This document shows, piece after piece, positions 24,821 through 35,575 of a stretch of DNA of 64,000 nt (position 1 is its first letter; each line of letters begins with the position of its first letter). The notes beneath the pieces were generated by a model that searched no databases, had not been told where the DNA came from, and was given only the letters and a program-made list of their open reading frames with translations. The position numbers and the translations under genes were made by a program. The stretch lies in the NCBI GenBank assembly GCA_043228905.1, contig JBHGNT010000018.1, forward strand, positions 10,974,001 to 11,038,000, given 5' to 3'. The DNA comes from Azolla caroliniana. Lineage: Eukaryota > Plantae > Polypodiophyta.

Positions 24821-25460
24821 CATGACATCATGCATGTGATGAATCAAGAGAAGAATATAGAAAGCATCGATGCTCGAGAATTTAAAGAATGTGAAAGAAG
24901 ATCAAAGAACATTGTTATCCGAGGGATTAAAGAGGAGAGTGTGGAAACACCTGCATCCCTTGGAGAGGCTATTGGTGAATTTTTTAGCATGGCATTATGG
25001 TATGTCAGATGTGAATGTATTGTTGGGAATGTGTCCTCCAGTGGGAGGAGCCAATTGTTTGGGCCGAGAAGAGTCGACAGTCGAGGACAAGGAGGAGCTG
25101 ATTGTTCGGGTTGAGTACCGAGAGTCGAAGAGTCGACAATGATAATAATAATTATGGTATGTCAAATGCGAATGTATTGTTGGGAATGTGTCCTCCAGTG
25201 GGAGGAGCCGATTGTTCGGGCCGAGAAGAGTTGATAGTTGAGGACAAGGAGGAGCCGATTGTTCGGGTTGAGTACTGATAGTCGAAGAGTCGACAATGAA
25301 GTAGGGGATACATTTGTCAATATCCCATATGATGTATCAGTACAAATACATCTACGGAAAAAATATGATTGAGAGAGAGTGAGAATTGAAACAATACTGT
25401 ATGTGCCTCTATTGGTGCTAGTGATAGAGTAGAGAGGTCGAGAGAGAGTGGCGCCATAGC

Positions 25461-25560
25461 NNNNNNNNNNNNNNNNNNNNNNNNNNNNNNNNNNNNNNNN
25501 NNNNNNNNNNNNNNNNNNNNNNNNNNNNNNNNNNNNNNNNNNNNNNNNNNNNNNNNNNNN
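25461..25560. other. Assembly gap
   Basis: 100 N. Confidence 1.
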
Positions 25561-25969
25561 AAGCAAAAATACCCATAGGGGTATTCGAGTCGGAATGGAA
25601 ACTTCTTCACAGAAGGGCGGTGGCTACCATCCGATAGTGCGTCGATGTAAGTGTCCTTCAGCATGTGGCGAACGGCATGAATGCCCACAAGATGTGGCAA
25701 AAGCTGTCAAGACTATACGAAAGGAAGAACGCCCTGAATAAAACCTCATTGATGAGAAAGATCGTATGGCTGAAGTACAGAGACGGTGAGAGCATTGCCA
25801 AACACATCAACACATTCATGGGGTACGTAAATCAACTTGCCGCAACCAAGTTTTCCCTTGAGGATGCAATGCAAGCCATCCTGTTGTTGTGTACTTTATC
25901 GGACAGCTAGGAGAACCTAGTGGTCACTCTCAACACCTCGTGTCAAGAAGAGAACTTGTCTCTACAATA

Positions 25970-27145
25970 AAACCACGCAAGCTTACTTCTGGACTTTGAC
26001 CTGCCTTGAGACTTTTCTCTCCTTGGTGGGCTCCTTTGCCAGTTCCTTCCTCTGTTGATATGTTGAGTCAAGTGTGACTCCCTTGTCCTTCCTTTTGGTC
26101 TCCTCGTTCAAGATGCTTGTATGTACCGCTTGTAGAGACAAGTTTTCTTCTTGACACGAGGTGTTGAGAGTGACCACTGGGTTCTCCTAGTTGTCCGATA
26201 AAGTACACAACAACAGGATGGCTTGCATTGCATCCTCAAGGGAAAACTTGGTTGCGGCAAGTTGATTTACGTACCCCATGAATGTGTTGATGTGTTTGGC
26301 AATGCTCTCACTGTCTCTGTACTTCAGCCATACGATCTTTCTCATCAATGAGGTTTTATTCAGGGCGTTCTTCCTTTCGTATAGTCTTGACAGCTTTTGC
26401 CACATCTTGTGGGCATTCATGCCGTTCGCCACATGCTGAAGTACACTTACATCGACGCACTATCGGATGGTAGCCACCGCCCTTCTGTGAAGAAGTTTCC
26501 ATTCCGACTCGAATACCCCTGTGGGTATTTCTGCTCTATCGATTGGCTCGTACAGGTCATTGACTATGAGAAGGTCCTCCATCTTTATCTTCGAGTCTGC
26601 ATAGTTCCGAGAGTTCAGAACTATCATACATGGGAAGCCACTCACACCTCCTTCCATGCTTGCATCTCAAGGTTTGATACCAAACTATTGAGAATTGAAT
26701 CTCAAACCTGTGAGAAAAACTAATTCGGAAATAGAAAATGCACAATACACAGTGATTTACGTGGAAACCCTAAACAAGGAAAAAACCACGGGAGAACAGA
26801 TCTTCACTATACAACGGATATACAAGATGACAAGATTACAACACCCTCTCTCTACAGAGTGTAACAGTCACACAGGGCTCTTGGCATCAAACCTCACTCG
26901 GCTATGGCGCCACTCTCTCTCGACCTCTCTACTCTATCACTAGCACCAATAGAGGCACATACAGTATTGTTTCAACTCTCACTCTCTCTCAATTATATTT
27001 TTTCCCTAGATGTATTTGTACTCATACATCATATGGGATATTGACAAATGTATCCCCTACTAAACATTCTTACTATTATTATTATTATCATTGTCGACTC
27101 TTCGACTATTGGTACCCGACCCGAACAATCGGCTCCTCCTTGCTC
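25970..27145 (-). repeat. Inverted copy of copia D 5' LTR, PBS and gag
   Basis: ORFs 25665-25910(+) and 26187-26432(-) are nearly identical; Met-type PBS 26671-26682; LTR 26686-27145 mirrors 25240-25460. Confidence 0.9.
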
Positions 27146-27618
27146 CATCGATATCGAGGCGGACAATACTTTGTAATGTTTATTGACAACTATAGTCGGA
27201 AGTTGTGGGCTTTCATACTAAAGTCAAAAGATCAAGTATTGTCATTCTTCAAGGAGTTCACAGCAAGACCCGAATGGGAGTCAGGTCGGAAGTTGAAAGC
27301 TGTCCGAATCAGTTCGAGGAATACTGTGAAGACAAAGGTATTCGAATTGAATACATAGTGTCGAAGACCCCTGAGTTGAACGGGTTGTAAAGAGGATGAA
27401 TCGAACAATCATGGAGAAAGAAAGAAAGAAAGAAAGATATATTAACGTCTTCTAAGGCCAAATTTGGCCCATGAGACAATTGGTTTACAACAAAAGAGTA
27501 TTTATCCAGTCATCATAACAAAAATAAAATTAAGTAAAAAATAGAACTTAAACTAAAAGATTTCTAGTAGTGTACAATATGTAGTATACTCGAAAGTGAC
27601 TATACACTAAGCCTAATT

Positions 27619-30600
27619 TTATTTCCACCCAAGCCTCTCGAAAAGAAGTGGGGGGTCAAAGGGTCTTGATGTGGGTTCCAATGTAGAGAGTGCCCTAGCC
27701 ATGGCTTCTAGGTGGTGTAGCTCACGTTCCCTTATTTTCAATATTGCTTCCACATCACGTCGAGTTGCTTTGAAACCCGGCACCCGAGGACGTCTGGTTC
27801 TTCTCTGGTTTTCTGCCTCATCAATGGAAAGGCGGAGTGGTGCAAGTGTGTCGGCATTCGTTGTCTCCTCATGTTCCTGAAAAACTTCATTTGTTATATG
27901 TTCGTGATCATTAGCAACATTATTGTCAACATTTTGTAACTTATTCTCTCTGTGTTGTTTTAGCTCTAGAATGTATTTGCCTAAATTCTTTATATCTAGA
28001 GTATCTAATAGTTTGGGGAGGGTGGGAGACGAACCAAGTATGTCTTGGTATTTTGCCCTTATCTCGGCATAGGTTGGACACTTGCATGTAAAGTGGTACT
28101 CATCCTCTATCTCTATGTGACATAACCTACATATCCTTTCCTCCCTAGGGACTCCACTAGTACGGCCATTCTCAATCTCAAGTTGGTGAGATGATATTCT
28201 AAGTTGTCCAATGGCAACCCTTAGTGCATGTGGTAAGAATACATCTAGATATTTTGGTTGCGTGATAAAACCTAACTCAGAGAAGTGCATGAAGTGTTTC
28301 TTATAGTACAACATTTTAGATGGGAGTGGCTCTAGTGGGGTGATCCATTTACACCGAGTGTAAATTTGCCATATTTCTTGGCATATTACTTTATTGCGGT
28401 CCTCATGAGAGATTAAAGTGTTATCACTCGTGTGGTTGTACCTAAGGGGAGGTAGGTTATTAATGTCTAGACCATTCGCAAGAAGCCAACTCACCATCAT
28501 GCCATACCATGAGCTAGTATAGCCGGACTCATACAATGATCGAGAGGCCTTAAAGGCTTGATGAGATATTCTATCATGTGGTTGGCTATGTATCCTGTGA
28601 ATGAAGACTACAAGTTGAAAAAGTGCCTCTACTAACATTGGGGGTAACGTGAACTCAACCCTAATAATGTCATGTGGTACAGTCGATTTGCTTTAGAGTT
28701 GGCATGATAGCATCATCACCAATGGTCTCTCTAATTGCGTCCACATGAAAGATGGTAATCCTGGGGCCCAAACCGTTGATGCATACATGAGGGAGGGGGT
28801 CACTAATGAGTCAAAGAGCCACCCTTTAGTCCGTGGCTCTTGAAAGTGTGCTTGGTGGCATTGTCTCTCTAGGAGTGAGAGGGATGCATGTCCTCTCGTG
28901 AGTCTATCCTTCGCTGCCTGTGTCATCAAAAATATACCTGAGCGGGCACTAAAAGTGACTCCGAGATAGACGTATGATCCAACCACCTCGACTGGGCTAT
29001 GGGAGATAGTTAGGTGACACTTAGCTCTAACTTGGGCCGATGTGTGGAAGATAAGGACTTTCGTTTTCCCTAGATTCACTACCAATCCTCGTTGTACAAA
29101 AAAGTCATCTAAGGCATTAAGGTGCCCTTGTAGGTCGTGTTCGGATTCAGAGAGCAAAACTATGTCATCCGCATAGAACACGATACGAACCTGCGTATCC
29201 CCAAGGACCACTCCGGTGCCTCCCTCACGAGCAATAAAATCTGTGATCTCATCAATGTAGATCCCAAAAAGTGTCGGTGATAGGGGGCAACCTTGTTTTA
29301 CACCAATAGTGCTAGTGAAACGATTAGATAGGCCACCTGGGCATCGGACACACCCGAACACTTGTTCATATAGTGCGTAGATGGCCCATACCATATCATC
29401 TGGTATCCTCAAGCTTTTAACTCTATCAAATAACCACTCTCTAGGGACTGTGTCAAAGGCTTTGCGGAAGTCCACAAAACAACAATATAATTTCTTCTTG
29501 CGAGCCTTAGTTTGGTCAATTAGGCATCTAAGTGTGAAGATATGATCAATAGTGGAGAAGGCTCGTCTAAAGCCAGCTTGTTCAGGTGCATGAAGGTTTA
29601 GGGTCTCCATATAGTCGCTAAGCTCTGCTTCCATTACTGCACCATATAACTTAGCAAGGGTATGGCCTATCATAATGGTCCTATATGTATTTGGGTCCAT
29701 GGGGTCCCCCCCTTTATGTATGGGGGCCACTGTATTCATAGTCCACTATGGTGGAAAACCCTCCGCAAGGGCACGATTGAAGATTAGAGTTAGCAAGGGA
29801 GCTAGGCACTCTCTCGCATATATAATGTGTTCTGCTCGCAATCCTGTGTGGTCCATGGACTTCCTATGTTGTAATTTCTTTATGAATTTCACGACCCTAG
29901 AGGTTGTGAAAAGTGTCCCCGTGGTAGGCCGGGGTGTGGAAGGCATTGGAATGGGTGGTTGGTTTGGGTTTTGGTAAAGTCTCTCTGTATATGTGTGCCA
30001 AGTTTCGGGATCTTCGATGGCTGTTTGTGGTCTTGGCTCCCGTAGTCTCTTTCCATGCCGTGGCGCAATCGCTACTCATGAGCATATGGTAGAGTTCCCA
30101 GTATTGGGATGCCTCCCACGCTCGTCTCTTACGACGTGTCATCTTACGCATTTCTTTGCGAGCTTGTATGGAGGTAATACTACCATTGAGTTGCGATACT
30201 GTAAGTTGTCTATGTAAGTCCCTACAATCCTCGTCATACCATTTATTTTGTGGCATTGATCCTGATCTACCTTGATTTGAGTGTTTTGTATATGGGAAAC
30301 TCCTAGCTGCTGCGGAGTGAAGGATGTGTGTGAGTTTTGTACTAAGGCTTTCTAACGGTAGGGAGGGATCAAGGGAGGGGAGATGGGCCTGAACATGTTG
30401 AGAGTATATGTCAAAGAGCTCATGTGTGAAATGTATTGTGGTGTGATGGCATGGTTGACTAGACTTGGTGACCTTAGAGATATCACATTTTAGCTCGAAG
30501 TATAAGAAACTATGGTCTGCACCAATAGGGCATGGGGCCACTCGGAAGGAGTTAATCATGTGGGTAGCTTCAGGGCGTCCTATTAGATAGTCAACTGTGC

Positions 30601-31278
30601 TTTCCCCTCCTCCATGTGGGAAACATGTGAGCTCTTCCGAGCCCGGCCAGTTAGCTAAACCATTATATATGACCATCCGGTGCCGACTGCCAAGTTCGAG
30701 CAGATGATGGCCAAAGCTCGTGGCATCCGCACCTTAATCCTTGTGCATTGTTGGGATTGGGTTCTCGCATTGAAGTCTCCTACAAGAAATACTTCTCCTT
30801 GGGAAGAATATCGGATTATGTCATCCGATAGGGGTTCTTATGGAGAAGGCCCATGTGACATTCCTTCATCGACTAATCTCGTCAAGCCACCAATATTATA
30901 ACGGGATCCTTTTGGGGGAAAGTAACAAATGGCGAAAAATACTGCCTGGTCTTTGCTTGTGGAGACTTTCACCCACATAAAATGAGCTTCTGGGTCTATC
31001 TTCATTATTTCTATCCTATTATGTAGCTCTCAACGAAACAGTATCGCGACACCTCCAGATCTCCTAGTAGTGTGTCGACGTGAGGTTTCTCTAAAAGCGG
31101 ACTCCCAACGGAATCCTTCGACCCGTGGGAGTCCTCTATTTGGGCTCTGATGTGTTTCTACCAAGAAAAGTATATCAGATACCTTTAGTATCTCCTCTAG
31201 GCGGCCGGGGTGTGCCCAGAGTGTGCCATTACAATTCCATAGGGTCATCCTAAGTGCATTTTCTGTCACATGGGCCAC
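27619..31278 (-). pseudogene. LINE ORF2: AP endonuclease, RT, C-terminal CCHC
   Basis: WNCNG..ETH..SGGV, STVDY..ADH, FVDFRKAFD, GVKQGCPLSP, YADD, CRLC..EDEYHFTCKC; a few stops and frameshifts. Confidence 0.92.
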
Positions 31279-31284
31279 ACGCCG

Positions 31285-31980
31285 TCAATTAGTAGTGCGA
31301 TCATTTATGATCACTCGCCCGTCTCGGTAAAAGGCGTGATGGCCTTCTTTACGAGCTTGCATAACTCGTGGCATACAACTCTTGCGATGCTCAATTTGCA
31401 TCTTAGTGAGGTCTTCATCGAGATAGATGGGGTCCCCATCCATTCCTCGAAGGATTGGTCTCTTCTTAAAGAAAGTGATTCTAGAGTCTAAGTCTTTAAA
31501 TTGAAGGACTAAGGCTCTCTTCCTAGTTGTGTCACGCCCGACCCTCCATGCTTTGGTGATAGGTAGGGCCTCTGTGTACCCTAACATTTTCCCAAGTGTT
31601 TGTGCGTCCTCATTTGGGGATGCACCTTCCTTGAGCCCAGTGACACGTACATTTAAGTGTCGGGCCTGACACATTTTCTCTTCTTCAAGGGTGGTATTAA
31701 CAATATTTTCATCTTTTATTTCTTTTTTAATGTTTCTTTTAACCACATCTACCCAACCCGTTTTAGCTAACTCTATGTTATTATTAACTTCCTCTTTAAC
31801 TTTTTTAATTTCGTCCTTTATATCCTCTATAGAGGATATTTCACCGTCTTCTCGAGATACCTCGATGTCCTTAAGTTGTTTTTTAAGGTCGGTGTTTTCT
31901 ACTTTAAGTTGTTCTATTTCGGCCTTGAGGGCGTCTTTTTCTTCTCTATCTTTTTTCTTGTGGGTTTCGGTGTCTTTCAC
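31285..31980 (-). CDS. LINE ORF1 (coiled coil + RRM-like), 5' end degraded
   Basis: Heptad-rich N-terminus, LNVRVTGLKE, AWRVG, IYLDEDLT; directly upstream of ORF2. Confidence 0.8.
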   Translation of the reverse strand: MKDTETHKKKDREEKDALKAEIEQLKVENTDLKKQLKDIEVSREDGEISSIEDIKDEIKKVKEEVNNNIELAKTGWVDVVKRNIKKEIKDENIVNTTLEEEKMCQARHLNVRVTGLKEGASPNEDAQTLGKMLGYTEALPITKAWRVGRDTTRKRALVLQFKDLDSRITFFKKRPILRGMDGDPIYLDEDLTKMQIEHRKSCMPRVMQARKEGHHAFYRDGRVIINDRTTN

Positions 31981-32548
31981 CCATTTTTACATATCCATCT
32001 CTATTTTTGTTAAACAATTAAACATATCTAAAAAGTCCTCCTTACTTATAGCCTCGTCTTGTATATCCTTATGTTCCTTAGTTCATTTAGACGTCATTGT
32101 GGTGTCAATAAGAAAAAAAGGTAAAATAAATGGGTTCGAGACTTAGCCGAGTTTGTGTGTATATCGCAATCACATCGGCATTTTGTAGCACGCGACGAGC
32201 ACACCAAAAGAACCCACCCAAGAACTCGTCAAGAAAATGGCACTTCACAACGTCAAGAGAAAACGGAGAAGAAACACCCCGTGACGGCGACGGTGACAGC
32301 GGCAATCGTCAAACGACGACAGATGGCAGAAGATGGCTACAGACGGTGGCAGACGGCGACGGCCGCAGACAGCGGTAGTCGTCGGACGACGATAGCAACA
32401 GACGACGGTGACAGCGATGGCGACGACACTAACCGGCGACAGCAACGGCAGAGAGAGCCATTACACAGAGACGAGGAAGTGAGAGAGAGAGAGAGAGAGA
32501 GCAGACGGCGACGACGACGACAGCGACAGCAACGGTAGAGAGAGCCGT

Positions 32549-32593
<45 letters not shown>

Positions 32594-32936
32594 AGGAGCA
32601 TGCTCTGTCATGCTAAATTGCCGAAATAGTATTGCATTGAGGTGACGTATATAGTTGTTTATTTGATCAATAGGTCTCCCTCAGTACCGTTGAAAGGTGA
32701 TGTTCCACAAAGGGTGTGGACCAACGTTGTTTACGTATGCATATTTAACGTATCAATACGTATAATACCTCATACTTTGTATAGTACGTACTATACGTCA
32801 ATGTTGTTTAGTCAAATATCATGTAAATTTTTCTAATACGATATTTAACGTACTTTCAAAACAATAGGTATAATACGTATTTATAAAAAATATGTATGCA
32901 AAACCCTAAAAAAAAGAAAAGAAAAAAATGATTTTA

Positions 32937-33068
32937 GTGAAGAAGGAAGAAAGAAGAAGAAGAAAACGAAGGAAGACGAACAAGAAGAGGAAGAAGAGGA
33001 AGAAGAGGAAGAAGAAGAACAAGCAGAAGAGGAAGAACAAGAGGAAGAAGAAGAAGAACAAGAGGACC

Positions 33069-33099
<31 letters not shown>

Positions 33100-33122
33100 A
33101 GAAGAAGAAGAAGAAGAAAGAG
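32937..33122. repeat. (GAA/GAG)n purine tract inside hAT
   Basis: Directly visible. Confidence 0.95.
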
Positions 33123-33799
33123 GACGGGGAATCAATCGAAACCTTGGTTTGAAGACAATTAATTGTCTTCATACAAAGGCAACAAACAAAGATCTACGCT
33201 ATATAGAAGACAATTTTTTATTGGGCCCAATTCTTGTGAGTGTGAGGTATGTTTAACCTTAATATGCATATGCTTGGATAGTAGTTTTCTAACTTTAATA
33301 TGCAATGAAGTCACATTTTCTTTTTGGTTTTCATTCACTAGCATAGAGAAAGATGGAGCTACTAACCTAAAAACAATAGTGTAGTCTTGCTTATTGATTT
33401 CATGTTTGATTAGAATGCTTGGTTAGTTTATTAGTAATTGATTACCCAAAGAGCAGCCATTGAAAGGGGAGGCTAATTCAATTAGTTTCAGTTAGAGTAT
33501 TTCACATGGTGTTAATAGTTTGTGCAACTCAATCATGTATTTCGCTAAATTGGTTTTAAATTATGTTTTTCACTTGCCATGAACATGAAGGTTAATATGA
33601 AAGTGCAGCCCAAGGATATGAGTAGCTATGGTAGGTAAGAATACACATAGAAAAATGTATCTACAAACATCTATTCTTTTGAAAATCTATTGAAAACTGT
33701 ATAAGATGTAGTATGTATCACATATTAATAGACCCACTAATTTAGTAATTTCTAAATATCTAAATTCTATTGATTTGTAGAACATAAAGACTTAGGAAA

Positions 33800-34711
33800 A
33801 TGCCCCCCATTAAGAACAAATGTCACAAGAAGTCAGATAGGAAATAGAAGTTGGAATTGTAAATTTTGCAACAAACATATGCACGGATCAACAACACAAA
33901 TGATTGCTCATTTAATCGGAAAGCCCAGCCATGGAGTAACGAAATGTATCAATGTCCCCAAGGAATTGTTGATTGACCTCACATCTTTATATGGTAATTG
34001 TGGAACTCAAACAATTGGTGAAGAAGAAGATATAGTTGCAGAGATCGACTCATTCAACGTGCCTGAACAAGGTATAGACAAGATCCTACATTAGGTGTCT
34101 TCATTACTAATGGCCAAATAATTGTAAATGATTTAACTTGAAAGGTTTTCTCTTTTAGGTGTTTCTACCTCAGGCTCATGTACCTTTGTTGGTGAAAGTC
34201 AAAGCATGTCATGTATGGGTGGTGGTAGTCACCAACCATATCCACCAGCAATGATAATGAAACAACAGTCATTGCGTAAAGGACACGTGTTACAAATGCA
34301 AAGGAAACAACATGCAAACGTTATGGAGGTGAGATGTATCATTGAAGCAAATTTGTCATTTAATCTGCTAAAAACACCATATTGGCGGAACATGTTAGAA
34401 GCTTTCTCTACAATTGGACAAGGACAAGGAGCATGACAAGATCACATATGACAACATCAAGCGATGGAGTCCCTACTAATCGAATACGAAGGCAAAGGCC
34501 AAGAAGAGATGATGAGCGGTCTTCTTGTAATAGCAGAATAACACGATCAAGTACATTTGCTTCTTTACCACTAGATGATCAAGATAATTTCAATGCAATA
34601 GAAGAAGCAATTCATACTAATTATGATGATCTTACGGACGAAGAACTAGTGTTGATGTCATCAACTAACACAGAATCTGATGATGAAGATGGTGATGAGG
34701 ACCAGATCTAA
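33800..34711 (+). pseudogene. hAT transposase remnants (BED finger, DUF659-like start, acidic tail)
   Basis: WNCKFC..HLIG..GVTKC; RCIIEANLSFNLLKTPYWRNMLEA; catalytic core absent. Confidence 0.75.
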
Positions 34712-34954
34712 AGACAAATACTTCTAATTTCTATATGTTATTATTAAGCTCAATAACCTTATGTTACTTGTCTTTGATCTAAGCTCCATCTTGATACATT
34801 GGACATAGTTAGAGTTGTATCAATATCGTATTTTATTAAAGTAAAATTTTCATCATGTGGTTCTTTTTTACCTTCATTTACTTTCATGGACCTTGAAATA
34901 TTTGATGTTATGTCTTGTTAAGGTTTTTGCTCTAAATTTTGTTGTTAGAATGCA

Positions 34955-35575
34955 TTCTATTTCTTTGGCCAAATGCAATGTGAGGGTATCTCAATGAATG
35001 GAATCACATTGGTGGATCTATTGAAAGCTTGTTCCAATGTAGGATCTCTAGCCAACTGTAAAGAAATTCATGTCGAGGTTGCAAAGAAAGGGTTAGAAAT
35101 AGAAGCTCTTGTGGTGCATTAAATGAAGCACAAGAAATGTTTGAGAGAAATTTGGTTCGAGATATAGTTTCATGGAGATCACTCATGGCGGGAATCGGGA
35201 TATGCTGAACATGGACATAATAAGGACTCAAGAGGCATTGGATTGCTTTGAAAAGATGAGGAAACATTGTTGCCTCTTGCCACATGCATTTTCATTGTCT
35301 TATGGGTTGAAAGCTTGTGGAAGTTTGAGAGATAGACAAAAAGACCGAGAAATACATGCCGACATCGTCAAAATAGGCTTTGAAAAAGATGTCCTTGTTG
35401 ATAACACAACAATCAACGTGTATGTGAATTGTGGGTTATTGTCGACTGCCCACTACTTGTTTAACACTCTAGTGGTGTGAGATGTGGTTTCACTAAACTC
35501 ATTGATGGTAAGAAATGCCAAACAAGGGCATAACAAGGAGCCTATTTTTTGTTTTGAGGAGATGGTTTCAAAAGG
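34955..35575 (+). pseudogene. Captured PLS-class pentatricopeptide repeat gene fragment
   Basis: ITLVDLLKACSNVG, RDIVSW, EALDCFEKM, LKACGSL..EIHADIVKIGFEKDVLVDNTTINVYVNCG, DVVSLNSLM. Confidence 0.88.

Larger units (their letters stand above)
27416..32590 (-). mobile_element. Near full-length LINE inserted in copia D integrase
   Basis: Flanks rejoin as INT MER|VRSMLCHAKLP; (TTTC)n 3' tail 27416-27436; (CT)n and (GTC)-rich 5' UTR. Confidence 0.9.

Noticed and set aside
31285-31980. Host coiled-coil gene
   Set aside because: Position and motifs identify it as LINE ORF1
32881-33172. Poly-K, poly-F and poly-S ORFs
   Set aside because: Translations of a (GAA)n tract
35172-35480. Intact host PPR gene
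   Set aside because: Stops and frameshifts, no start or E/DYW end, enclosed in a hAT
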